A stretch of 64,000 nucleotides of DNA, taken from positions 102,787,899 through 102,851,898 of the forward strand of contig NC_092380.1 of assembly GCF_030028105.1 (NCBI RefSeq). Reading direction: 5' to 3'. Source of the stretch: Mobula birostris. Lineage: Eukaryota. The notes beneath the pieces were generated by a model. It was not told the DNA's origin and searched no databases. It was given only the letters and a program-made list of their open reading frames with translations. Both the position numbers and the translations under genes were made by a program. Positions within the stretch are counted from its first letter, which is position 1; every line of letters begins with the position of its first letter. Below, piece after piece: positions 37,749 through 50,087 of this stretch.

Positions 37749-38177
37749 ATTATTATTATTATTATTATTACATTATTCCTTTCTTTTTGTATTTGCACAG
37801 TTTGTTATCTTTTCCACACTGGTTGAATGCAATCTTTCATTAATTCTATTATGATTATTATTCCATTATGCCCCCAAGAAAATGAATCTCAGGATAGTAT
37901 ATGGTGACATTTATGTACTTTGATAATAAATTTAATTTGAACTTTGAATAAATCAGAAGTCTACCCAACCTCTCCCTATAACTCAGGCCCTCAAGTCCTG
38001 GCAACATTCTCGTAAATCTTCTTTGCGCTCTTTCCAGCTTAAGTGACACTCACGACTAATCTCACATGAAGTGATGTATTACTTCCACTATGACAGCTAG
38101 GTATGGTTGGCACAACTAGCCTGTTCTAGCTGCAGTTCAAGTGTGTTTGTAAACTAACTATGTGTGCTCTGTTTCAG

Positions 38178-38323
38178 AAAACTGAAGAAGCTGATTCGAT
38201 ACATAAAGGCAAAAAGAGAGGCCAAATTGGAGGCAGAAAGCAACTGCAAGGTCCCTCGCCAGTATGAATCAGACTATAACCTCGAGCCATTTTCTGGACT
38301 GACTCCAGAGTACATGGAAATGA
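38178..38323 (+). CDS. ANO1: ANO1 exon (146 nt): KLKKLIRYIKAKREAKLEAESNCKVPRQYESDYNLEPFSGLTPEYMEM
   Basis: ttcag|A AAA...ATG A|gtaag. In ORF 38164..38355. Carries the EYMEM Ca2+-binding glutamates. Confidence 0.97.
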
Positions 38324-40394
38324 GTAAGAATATTTCTTTAAAATCTTTTGCTTGATCCTATCCTATGTCTGCATCAGCACAGGTAGGAAGAACATTTCCC
38401 TCCATGTGAGTAACCATTGTTGATCTTGTGTTGATTTCGTTCAGTAACATTTACACTGAACTCTTTGCTACTCAATATTGCCATTTCTATAGTATCTTTG
38501 GCATCGCACAGACATTCAAATGGGGATTTTACGGAGCAGTCACTGAACAAAAGTTGATGAGGCAGAAGGTGAGAAAGTGACAGATGGCAGAAGTGGGTTT
38601 TAAGGAACAACTTACAGAAGAAGGCAGTAAATATTAGATCACCCTCTTATTTTCTTAGATTAAACTATAGGAACTAAAAATTCTCTCAGTTGGCCTGACT
38701 TGATGATTGAGATCCAGAAGCCAATTAATTGTAAACACGACGGTCCTTGGACTGGAAGCTTAATCAGACCTTTTGAAACCTGATTGCTGAAATCCATCCA
38801 TAGGCTTGGTAGATGGGTGAAAAGAATCAAAAACACTTTATTGCCAGTATGTGAAACATACCAGAATAGATTTTGGTTTGGTGCCAAGTATAATACATGG
38901 GATAGTACCATGACAGACAACACAATAGTGACCAACAACTTATAAGAGTACTGAAAATTGACAATTAGCAGAGCAGTCACATGTGTAAATGTCAATAATC
39001 AAACTTAAATAAATGTGTACATATGAACAGGCTCAATAATTATCAGCAGAACAAGGACAGCAGGGAAGGCTATTTCATGGATGTTGTGCAGGAACAGTTG
39101 GAGTATCACACCTGAGAGAGTTTTGTTGAGAAACTGGATAGCTACAGGAAAGAAGCTTCAGAGATGATATGTAGTCCTGGTAGTGATGGATTTGTAGCGT
39201 CTCCCTGATGGCAAGAATGGAGACAATATAGCAACAAATCAATGGGCATAAGATGTGTGGCTTTTTCATGCTGCAGACAGGAAGAGACCTAGGGCCATGG
39301 TTGGAGAAGAACTTGGAAAACTCTTTGTTTAAAAACCTACCTCTGATAACACTCCTCTACTTTCTTCCAATCATGTTAAAAGTATGCCCCTTTTATTAGC
39401 CATTTCCACCCTGGGGAAAAGTCTCTGGATTACACACAAAATGCTGGGGAACTCAGCAGGCCAGGCAGCATCTATGGAGAAGTAAACAGTCGATGTTTAG
39501 GGCCGAAACTGTTCTTCAGGACACTCTTCCATGGATGCTGCCTGGCCTGCTGAGCTCCTCCAGCATTTTGTATGTACTGCTTTGATTTCCAGCGTCAGCA
39601 GATTTTCTCTTGCTTGTGAAAAGTCTATGGATGTCCGTCTATGCCTCTCATCATCTTGTTCACCTTTATTAAGTCACCTCTTACCTTCCTTCACTCCTAA
39701 CAGGAAAGTCGTAGCTCACTCGACTTGTCCTCATAAGATGTGCTCTCTAACTCAGGCAGCAGGCTGGTACATCTCCTCTGCACTGTCTCTAAAGCTTCCA
39801 CATTCTTCTTATAATGACCAGAACGGAACACAATACGCTGAAGGACTATCTCAGAATAAATGCGAAGTACCACCGTCCTGTATACACTTCCTTGAGTGAA
39901 AAGGTGATTTAAGATAGAAAGAATTATCCGTCTATGAGAAAATTAGGGCAGTTATTATGACTGTCTCTCGCCCCTTTTCTTAATCTGCATCTGAAACGTT
40001 TGAAACCCGCTTCCCCATCACACCTGTTATATTCAGAGCTCACATCTTTGTATCTTAAAGTAGAGCCTTCTTTGTATCTTAAACTAGAATGTTCTTTGTA
40101 TCTATTTCATTTATATTTATAATGCACATAGCTAGTCATGACCTCAGAAGATTTGTTTGCAACTGCGAGGATGAAAGAAATTCAGCACATTGTATCTGTA
40201 CTGGCTAATTGAAATCGATATCCAGTTAGCCGCAATCCCTGTACCATTTAAGGTAATTTTATTTCGAGGATCCATCCGACTTCCTTTTGAAAGTTATTGT
40301 TAAATTTCCTGTGCCATTACTTCTAGCAGGACATCCCTCATCCCTTGCTGAGATCCCTGCCAATTTACTATAAGGTCATGACCTCTGACCCTGC

Positions 40395-42375
40395 ACTTTT
40401 AGCCCCCTCTACTGTCCCTCCAATTAGAGATTACTGTTTCCTCTATACAAGTCCATGAGTTAGTGCTTCCATCATACACCGGGGTACTCCCTTCAGTTAA
40501 CTGATGAGGTAACTGTAGCTTTTGACCAGGAACAGATGTTGTCAGGTGGTGCCCAACCTTCAAAGAGTGTTTCAACCCTTGACCACCACACTCTCCAGAC
40601 AGCACGTCAGCAGTCACTGCCCATCTGCTCCTAATTTCCAGCTCAACTCCTCTCACGTGCTCCACATCCAGCAAGAAGCTCTTTCTGCTTCCTCTCCCAC
40701 CCTGCGAGTTGCTTAGTTCTTGCTCTTTTCATCAAGGCCCAGTGCAGACAGTAACCTCCATGCCGATCTTGCCAGGAACCCTCCACAACCGATCTCCACA
40801 GGGAATAGCCACGTCTGCCATCTTTTGTCCCTGCTCTCCTGGACTAAGGACTGGTACTTCAGGGCCTTCCTCTCATGAGCCTGCTTGCATCCTTTCTCCC
40901 ATCGTGCTGTGAGCTCCACCAGGATGATTTTCCTATCTTTGTTGGACCACAGTACAATGTCTGGTCGAAGTGTAGTTTGCACTACCTCTGTGAACTGCAG
41001 CTTCCTCCCCACATCAACCGTCTTCTCCCAGAATTTGGGAATTTGCAGCAAATTGGATTTAGACCTCTTTGATATGACTGGTGTGGCCCTCTCCTTGACT
41101 TCCCTATTTGCCTTTGCCAGCTGGTCTCTTTTTACACCTCTGCCGCCCCAGTTAGTCAGCAAGGGACAGTAGGACCTTGTTGTGGTGCCATCTATGCCCT
41201 CCTGGTGTTAAAGCTGTTTTGCATCCTGACAGTACATGTGTCAGTGAACCCCATTGGCCACAAAGCTTGCAGTTAGGGTCCCCTCTCAGTCCCCAAGTGT
41301 GCAGCTGTGCTGGTGTAGGGAAAGTGTCATACATGGACCACAGGAGGAAAGAAATGCGGAAGGGCCGTAGTCTCCAAAGCTCTTCCCAAGTGATTTTGCA
41401 CTTGGGAAGATCCCATTTTGTTCAGGCGTCTGGTGACCCCAACTCTACTGCCTTCGATACCCGCCTTTCATCCTCGCGGTTCCGTACCTCTGCATGGACC
41501 ATGTCATGCCTATCCCTTGCACTTGCACTTCCCCGTCATTGGAAGTATGCAGAGCCAAGGCCTTGCCGTCCCAGGCATGGGTTGCTAATGATGTCTTACA
41601 ATTGTAGGGAGCTCACTGCCTGGTCTATGGCCAAGTTGGCAGCCCACTTTCGACCCAATCTTGTTATGACTCCTGCTTAGTTTATTAGCTTGTCATTGGA
41701 GCCCCTCAGTGTTAACACAACTCTACACTATGCCACCTTGAACTCCTTCACTACCAATGACAAAGGAAGCTATAGCTAGCCTGATCTTATGTAGAGCCCC
41801 ACTGATGAAAAACTTGAGGGGGTCCCCAGCCATCTCTACAGGTGGTTGTTGACTTCCCTCTCAATGCCTTCTCCAGTGATCATAGGGAACTCGTACACCG
41901 TGAAAAGCCAGGGCAGCCTTGGTAGAAGACCTTGTTGGTAAAGCAATGTCTTAAAATTACCAGTGTCTGGTTTTATCGATCTTCTTCGGCCACTCTTCAG
42001 TCTGCTTTATAGTGTCGGTGATGTTGGCGCTGTTCGTCATTGCTGCATTAAACCACATTCCAAGACACTTTACTGGATTGTCCTCTATGAGTGGAATGAC
42101 TTCTCCCTGTACTTGAAGACTGAACTTGCTTGTAACCTTGCCCTTTTTGATCACCATGCATCAGGCCTCGGAGGTCATCCTAGCACAGGTCTTTACGTTG
42201 TCCAGAGTTTCCGATACCCAATTTGCTTGGACATGGGTTACTGTGGTTACTGTGTCATCCATGAACACCCATATTGCAGGTTGTCGGATCCTGGGCTCCA
42301 ACACTGGGCCTTGGGTTACGTCTGCTGCTTCTGATACAAGGGGGTTCATACCCATGACAAACAAGGTGGAGATGA
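40395..42375 (-). mobile_element. HERO-like RLE-clade non-LTR retrotransposon, 5' truncated and frameshifted
   Basis: RT FMDD motif, CCHC knuckle CKLC...LTHVLSGC, RWHHNKVL, and restriction-like endonuclease LRPDIVLW...LVELT..WE....HERKALKY...PVEIGCGGF. Confidence 0.9.
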
Positions 42376-43504
42376 ACTGTATTCCCCAAATTATTTGATC
42401 TGTACATATCCATGTTGATGGAACAAGGCAGATTAATAGTTCAGTATGGACTAGATGGGCAAAAATGACCTGTTTCCGTGCTGTAGTATTCTCTGACTAT
42501 TGATTTTTTTATACTTTCTTTGAAACTTGAATTGCAAATGTTTGTTTTTTTTTTCTGTTATTCCATATTGTGAACTATTTTAGTGCTAATCCCAGCTTCC
42601 TAGAACCTTGCTCCTGACCCCCCCAGATGCTAACCCAGAGACCAGACATGGGAAAGAGATTCTTGACCTCATCTCCCTGACCTGATACACTTCACCAAGT
42701 AGCTGAACTTGTAACTGCCAAATCACTCAGTAAACGCAGAAAAACAAAGGGGTTGAATAAAAAGTCATCGTCCTTATTGTGAGGACTAAGCCTTTGCCAA
42801 AACATATTAAGTGATCATTAGTGGACTGTGTGTAATTCAGCATTTACTTTGAAATTGTATCTTCCCCCATGAGAATAAATGGGGACAGAGTATGTTCTTG
42901 ATCATATTAAAAGGGCAAGATGGATACGTGCAGATTGAATGGTTGTTCATTGGTACATATGTAACTCATCAGAACCATTTACTCTTAAAACCATTGTCGT
43001 GCTGTCATTACAGCAGGCTCCCAAATGTAGCGAAGTAGTCTGTTATTCTATACGGCTGGTGGATTTACTGAACAACTTTTTAAGGAGAGTTCTGAGAAGC
43101 AGACGTTGACACCCACTCTTTCTAACATTAGATTATTACTGTGAGTGTGACAGCACTCTCAGCATGTGTACAGTCTCTTGCTAGTTTATTAAAACCACAT
43201 CCTTGGTAAATCACTTGGGAGGGAAGAAAGTCTTTCTCAAAACAAGCAGGACCATGTGAAATTCCCAACCAGTGACCTATCACTGAAGCCGTCTAATTCT
43301 TTCAGTGCGAGAGAAGAATAATGCTGATTATCTCTAGGAATTGCTGTGCATGGAGTTTCTTTGCCAAGGCTCTGAGGTCAGGAAATATCTCCTTCATCCT
43401 CACTACCTCTCCTTAAGGTGCTCCTTAAACCTGGTGTCTGCGATCGTACAGCTTCGCTGTCATTCTTTTTCCATTATCCCCATGATTCACCTTGTGACCT
43501 TCTA

Positions 43505-43979
43505 CACTCAGTGGCCACTGACTGTGTGTTCATGGTCTTCTGCTGCTGGTGTAGCCCACCCACTTCGGGGTTCAACTGTTGTAGAGTGTGGTTACTTGAG
43601 TTACTATCAGCTTGAGTCTAGCCATTCTCCTCTGATCTCTCTCATTAACCAGATTTTTTTCCCACAAAACTACTGCTCACTAGATGCTTTTTTGTTTTTT
43701 GCACCATTCTCTGTAAACTCTAGAGACATTTTTGTGTGAAAATCCCAGGAGATCAGCGGCCTCTGAGACACTCAAACCATCCCATCTGGCACCAACAATC
43801 ATTCCACAGTGAAAGTCACTTGGATTACATTTCTTCTGCATTCTGACGTTTGGTCTGAATAGCAACTGAACCTTTGACCATGTCCTCATGCTTTTATGCA
43901 TTGAGTTACTGCCATATGATTGGCTGATTAGATATTTGATTTAGCAAGCGGGTGTACCTAATAAAGTGGCCACTGTGTG
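43505..43979 (-). mobile_element. Non-autonomous Tc1 copy
   Basis: TIRs present. ORF 43680..43901 has SDFHCGMIVGARWDGLSVSEAADLLGFS. Confidence 0.88.
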
Positions 43980-44159
43980 CATTTACTCACATCAAATGTA
44001 GTTCAATTATCCTGCACATAGCAGTCTGGGCATGTGAGCTGTGCCTTTGTTTCTCTCTTCCTTTTCCCATACACATTGACATTTTTCACATCACTGTCTG
44101 CAATTAGAGGGTCCTGATAAATCAATACTGCTTTCCATGGATATTACTCATCTTAACGT

Positions 44160-44565
44160 GTACTTACTGCCTATGACACCACTGGCATTTAGGGCAGTAA
44201 TAAAGATCCTCCATCTCTGGCCATGTTCAGGACTTATTTCATCGTGCCAGTTTCACTACTGTCAGTCATGCAAGTCCCGGTGGGGACTCAGGGATACTGT
44301 CACACTCAGACGTAAAAGGATTCGTCATTGCTGTTTCCATAACCATTTTGTTCCACTAGTCAGGGTTGATGGCCCTGAGCTGAACACCAGAACCTGGAGG
44401 ATGGGTGGACTATGCTTAGTCTGTCCTCTACCCTTTGACCTGTTTAGCATGGGTGACCCTACCAAGAGCCAAAACAGAAAGCCCTGACTCCAGCCAACAT
44501 AGCAGTCTGGGTCATTGAGGCATGCAAGCTTCCAAACACAAGGGCAAGGTTGTGGTCCTTTTGGA
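44160..44565 (-). mobile_element. Short non-autonomous retroelement, probably RTE-related
   Basis: ccctttgacctgtttagcatgggtgaccctacca motif recalled from RTE 5' UTRs (antisense). Not database-verified. Confidence 0.45.
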
Positions 44566-44644
44566 GAATTTTCCCTTGTGCCCTCATATCTTTGAAACCC
44601 CTACCTTGGGAATAAGACTATCTATTCTATGTCTACCTCTTCTA

Positions 44645-45385
44645 AGAACACCAGAAATAGGAGCAGGAGTAGGCCATTTGGTCCATCGAGCCTGCCCCGC
44701 CATTTAATAAGATCATGGCTGATCTGGCCATGGGCTCATCTCCACCCAACTGCCTTTTCTCATTAACTCTTAATACCCCTAATCTCATCTCCACTCTAAA
44801 TCTACTCCCCCAAATCTTGAGGCTATGTCCCATAGTTCTAGTCTTACCTACCAGTGGAAACAACCTTCCTGCCTCTTATCTATCCCTTTAATAATTTTAT
44901 ACGTTTCTATAAGATCTCCTCTCATTCTTCTGAATTCCAGTGAGTACAGTCCCAGGTGGCTCAATCTCTCCTCATAGTCCAACTCCCTCATCTCTGGAAT
45001 CAACCTAGTGAACCTCCTCTGACCTCTAAAGTCAGTATATCCTTCCTCAAGTAAAGAGACCAAAACTGCACACAGTACTCCAGGTGCGGCCTCACCAGTA
45101 CCCTGTGCAGTTGCAGCATAACCTCCCTGCTCTTAAATTCAATCCGTCTAGCAATGAAAGCCAACATTCCATTTGCTTTCTTGATAGCCTGCTGCACCTG
45201 CAAACCAACTTTTTGTGACTCATGCACAAGCACTCCCAAGTCCCTCTGTACAGTAGCATGCTGCAAATTTTACCATTTAAATAATAATCTGTTCTTTCAT
45301 TTTTCCTTCCAAGGTGGATGACCTCACATTTACTGACATTGTACTCCATCTGCCAGACCCTTGCCCACTCACTTAAGCTACCTAT
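44645..45385 (-). mobile_element. CR1 LINE 3' fragment
   Basis: LVRPHLEYCVQFWS and LYSLEFRRMRGDLIETYKI motifs. Confidence 0.9.
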
Positions 45386-46565
45386 ATCTCTCATAACCTT
45401 TATATTCATCTATCAAGTCTCCCCTTGGCTTCCTTTGCTCCAGGAAAAACAAACCTAGCCTATCAAAGAATAAATGATCAATGTTTTGGGCCAAGACCCT
45501 TCAGTAGCCCAAAACGTCGATTGTTTATTCCTTTCCATAGATGCCACCTGACCTGCTGAGTTCCTCCAGCATTTTGTGTGTGTTACCCTGGATTCCTAGC
45601 ATCTGTTGAAACTCTAGTATTTACGATTTTCAGCCTATCCAGTCTCTCCCCATAACTTTCAGATCCAGGCAACATTCGGGGTGAATCTCCCCTGCACTTT
45701 CTCCATCAAAATCACATCCATTTTGTTGAGCACCCCCATCTCCATGTTCAGCTCCTACTCTGGGATTTTGACATTTCAGCAAGCTAATGTTTTCTCTGTG
45801 GGCCTAACTAGTTCCAGATCATATTGGTGAATTCAAGATTCCATGATGCTATCAGGAGAAATTCTGAGAGATCCCCTGCGATGTTTCAGACTACATCATC
45901 TCCGTGTCTGAATAATTGTTTGTTTACCATGTTCTTTATCTAACTTTCCTTTTGCAGCCTGGTTACTGTTTTTCAAAAACAAGGGTTAGGACTATCTTGG
46001 GTCTGGCCCATCGCCCAAATTCAGTGCCAGCTAAGCTAGCAAGTTCTGTGTATGGAGAGGGAAATAGGTTGACAGTACCTGAAGTATCCTTTGAGGTCAA
46101 GCAGACTAGGTGCTATTGCCTAAGCCTCAGGTGGCAATGGCTACCAAGGCCCAAACCTCAGACAGAACAAATGACAGATGTTAAAGGCTTCAGAATTGTT
46201 TTGCCTAAGGCAACATCTACAGTATATTCTATTATTTATAGTACATTTCCAAATGTACTTTAGTCATAAGCTTACATACATACACAGTAAATATAGTCTT
46301 TTCCTGTCTTTTCCTACAATCATTGTTGCACCTTCCAAATCAATAATATCTCTTTGCAATGTACCGATGTCACTTGAGTCTCTCCTCAATGAAGTCGTGA
46401 AATGTTTTAAAGGAGGTTGCAGAGGGCCCAAGGCCTCAGTATCCAGTGGTGCAAGACCCTAGACTGTTGTCTTTCTCCACAACAGCTTTCCAGTGAATGT
46501 ACTGAAATTCAATGCTTCCCTCAGTTTGGAAGGAGCTGGAACAAGCTTGCTGAGGAGGTGGTGGG

Positions 46566-47383
46566 CAATGTTCCCACTAAGGTTACTAATGCACAAAGGA
46601 ATTTAAACTGCGCACAAAAGGTTGTCACCCTCTATCTCATTGGCATGTTAAGTATAGCTCATGATCGTACACAATCACGTTTCCTTTTCCGCTTCCGATG
46701 TGGATGGTGTTGACAACGTGGAGTTTGCGATGATTTGTCTACAGATTTTAGAACTGGTTTATTTATAGTGTTTTTATTGAAGAAATTATTGATTCACTCT
46801 GTCAAATTCCGAAGAAGCAAAGGTCATGAAGCACAAAGAACTGTTTGTTCATTTGAAGCCGAATGTCTTAGTGAAACAGTAGAAATTGCTACACTAAAAG
46901 GTCATGAGGTCAGGAGCATGCAACTACAAGAAATATTTATGTACAATACAGAAATTGGTGATACCTGTGTATATTGTTGCGATGAAAAAGTTGCTGGAGA
47001 ATTTACAAGTGGGAAGAAGCAGAGTGATATTTAGAAACTTGACTTTTTAAATCTTCGTTTAGCAAACAAATCACATATGAACAGTGTACAAAAGCTCTGG
47101 TGGGAAAATCCTTCAACACCTGCTACAGGCCTGCTACATATGTTTTGTTAGAGTGTTGATGAATGAGAGCGAAAACGATCAAACCCTGAGGAGATCAAAG
47201 TTCTTAATGACAGTTATTTCATTTCTTTTGAACAACGAACAACAAACTGGACTTGGTAGTTTGTTATCCTTAGAATAGCTTCAGGTTTACTTCAGTGTGC
47301 ACATGCTGTTCACTGGGCAAAAAAATTGCGCAGCCCACAAGATTTTTGCGCAGACTGGTCATTACAAATTAGAGAGAACACAG
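46566..47383 (+). mobile_element. Internally deleted hAT transposon with a TTF-type zinc-finger remnant
   Basis: TIRs CAATGTTCCCACTAA / TTAGAGAGAACACAG. Perfect 8-bp TSD gtggtggg (46558-46565, 47384-47391). Peptide CVYC...EFTSGKK...KLDFL..L..KSH. Splits a CR1 tail. Confidence 0.88.
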
Positions 47384-47869
47384 GTGGTGGGTGCAGGTTC
47401 AATTGTGATATTTAAGAGAAGTTTGGATATCTACATGGATGGGAGGGTTATAGAGTCCAATGGTCTGGATGCATGAAGATGGGACTAGGCAGAAAAACAG
47501 ATTGGCATGGACTGGTTGGGTTGAAGGGCTTATTTCAGTGCTGTGATGCTCTATGTTTATGTCCAAGAACTGAGTTAGAGTCAAACAAATAAGAATCTTG
47601 CCTACAAATTTTACTCCAGATGGCCACTCCACTTGTGTTAAATTGGCTTGCACCAGCTGTCCCAGTCAGCCATAGCATAAAGTAAGGGATTGGATGCAAA
47701 GTGCACCCAGCCCCTCTCCTCAGCCCGTCAGTGCTCTGCCATTATACTCAGTGGAAAGTCCAGGGAAATTTTGTCTCTGGGCTTGTTTCTTGAACAGAAT
47801 CAGGTTTATTTTCACAGACCTATGTGGTGAAATCTGTTGTTTTGCTGCAGCAGTACAGTGTAATACATA

Positions 47870-48430
47870 AGAGACCCTCCATTGCTGGGGATCGACCATG
47901 GCTGTTTCTAACCAGCTGTCTGTGTGATACACAAGCCAGGGCAGTACAGTATGGAGAGCAAGCTGTTGCCCAGGCAACAGGCTCCCCAACTCCGTGCAGC
48001 TGATGAACCTAAAGGAATGAGAGACTGGTAAAGTTTGGCAGCAGTGGCATCCCAGGAGTTGCCAGTCAGCATTGAACTCAGCATAGGACTGCCTTAGGGA
48101 CTCCAGCTCCATATTTTTCCTCAGAGTTTATTCCTGAAACCTTCCCCATGAGTGGGTGCAGCTGCAAGGCAGGGGAGGTTTGAGATCAGCGTTTTCTTTC
48201 TCCTAGATGAGCTGCCAACCACGATTGATGAGACCCCATCTGCTCAAAGTGACTGATTTTAAGGTGCCAGTAACGTGCCTTTGCCCCATCTCTTGTCAGT
48301 AGAAATGGTTCAACCAGGCTTAGTAGCTAATCCATACATGAAGGCTGGGAGCTGGACTTGGTTTTCAGAAGCTATTTGAGACGCACGCCATTGAGAGCAT
48401 TTAATAGGTAGTGGGAGCTTAGCCCCACTG
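47870..48430 (-). mobile_element. RTE-related non-autonomous retroelement
   Basis: ttctcctagatgagctgccaacc...gatgag motif recalled from RTE/BovB-type 5' regions. Its left end resembles the tail of the SINE at 19684. Confidence 0.5.
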
Positions 48431-48433
48431 CTC

Positions 48434-48815
48434 TTCATCATCATTATGTGCCATGTCATGTGATATAGGGGATCACAGTATCATGGCAACGACTGTCTTG
48501 ACAAATCTTTCTACAGAGCAATTTGCAATTCCCTTCCTCCGAGCAGTGTCTTTACAAGACAGGTGATCCCAGCCATTATCAATACTCCCCAGAGATTGTC
48601 TACCTGGTGTCAGTGATCACATAACCAGCACTTGAGATATGCACCAGCTGCTCATACGACCATCTACCACCTGCTCCCATGGCTTCACTTGACCCTGATC
48701 AGGGGTGGTAAGGGCTAAGCAGGTGCTACACCTTGCCCAAGTGTGACCTGCAGGCTAGCGGAGGGAAGGAGTGCCTTACATCTCCTTTGGTAGAGAATCC
48801 CCACCCTGCCACCCA
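48434..48815 (-). mobile_element. About 380-bp SINE-like family, copy 1 (also 50815-51213 and 59998-60358)
   Basis: Three colinear copies sharing gaccccagccattatcaatactcttcagagattgtct...gggtgacctgcaggctag. The minus-strand 3' end is RTE/BovA-like with a (TGA)n tail. Confidence 0.8.
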
Positions 48816-49516
48816 AATAGTTAAATATACAACAGTATTACTGTTTCTGGCGCTGTCATAAGTAATGTATATTGGGTGGTAGCAGGGTGTTACAGAAGTT
48901 TCACAGTCCTTGTTCTTGTACCACAGTACCTTCTGCCTGATGGTCGGAGGTCAAAGAGACCGTGGGCTGGATAGGAGTAGTCCTTGATAATGCTGAAGTC
49001 TCTATGAACGCAGTGCATCTGGTGGATGCCCTGGATGGGGGGGGAAGAGACCCATTATGGCCGGACCATGCAACTACTTTTGTTTAAAGAAGCACACGAA
49101 AGAGGTTTCATAAATGTTACTTTCTTTGTTATTTTAGTGATGGGTTTTCCCCACACAGACGGTAAGTTCCACCACTGACCACTCTCCCCTCATCTACTCG
49201 GAACCACCTTAAACTCTGAAGCTTCACAGTCTGTTGCCAGTTTAACCACATCCCATTCAGAAAAGCATTTCCCAGTGACTCTGTGACTTTGGCAGTATCC
49301 TGTCTCATCCGGCTTTCTGACATTCCATTCTCCAGAGTATCTGCCTGTCTGTCAGACTTGAAATAATGCTCTGTTTTGAAATGTGTGATGAGGATTGGCA
49401 ACCCTGTGGGATTTGTCCAATTTTTTTTCTGGATAAGAGGGAATTCAGTAAAGGATGACACCAATTAGAATGCAAAACTAATCACTTCCTTCTCTCTGAA
49501 GCTTTTCTGCTGTCTT

Positions 49517-50087
49517 GGTTTAAGGTGAGGGCAGCCCCATTGATATTACTGAAGCATTTCTGCTATTTGACTAATTGTACACCCATGCAATACCTTTTTA
49601 TTTTTTACTCCTCTGTTCCATAAATACTTATTTTCTGTTCAAAAGTTTTATCATTTACCTAAATTATGAATTTTCAGTTCATGACTTAATGCGTTGTTTC
49701 AGAAAAGCAAATTGTGCAGAACACGGGCAATCTGCAGAAGGATATAGATAGATTACCTGAGTAGGCAAGGGTCTGGCAGACCAATAAAATGTGAAAATAA
49801 CCATTTGCTGCTTACAATGTTTGTTTTATTGATGGTTTAAAATCAGGGCTGTCCCACTGATATTATCTAAACACTCCCACTGTTTGACTTCTTTTCATAC
49901 CTATGCAGTAACTTTTTTTAAAATTTTTACACTTCAGTTCTATGGATACTTATTTGCTGTTCAATTAAATAATGAATTATCAGTTCATGACTAAATACCC
50001 TTTATTGGAAATGCAAATTGTGCAGAGGATATGGAGAGTCTGCAGAGAGATAAAGAAAGATTAATGAGTGGGCAAGGGTCTGGTAGA
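49517..50087. repeat. Diverged local tandem duplication (49517-49780 / 49834-50087)
   Basis: Colinear blocks ggtttaa, tgatatta, atacttattt.ctgttcaa, atgaatt.tcagttcatgact, gcaaattgtgcaga and ggcaagggtctgg.aga. Confidence 0.8.

Noticed and set aside
44400-44565. HDV-like ribozyme at the RTE-type 5' end
   Set aside because: I could not assign the nested double pseudoknot by eye, so there is no support without a descriptor search.
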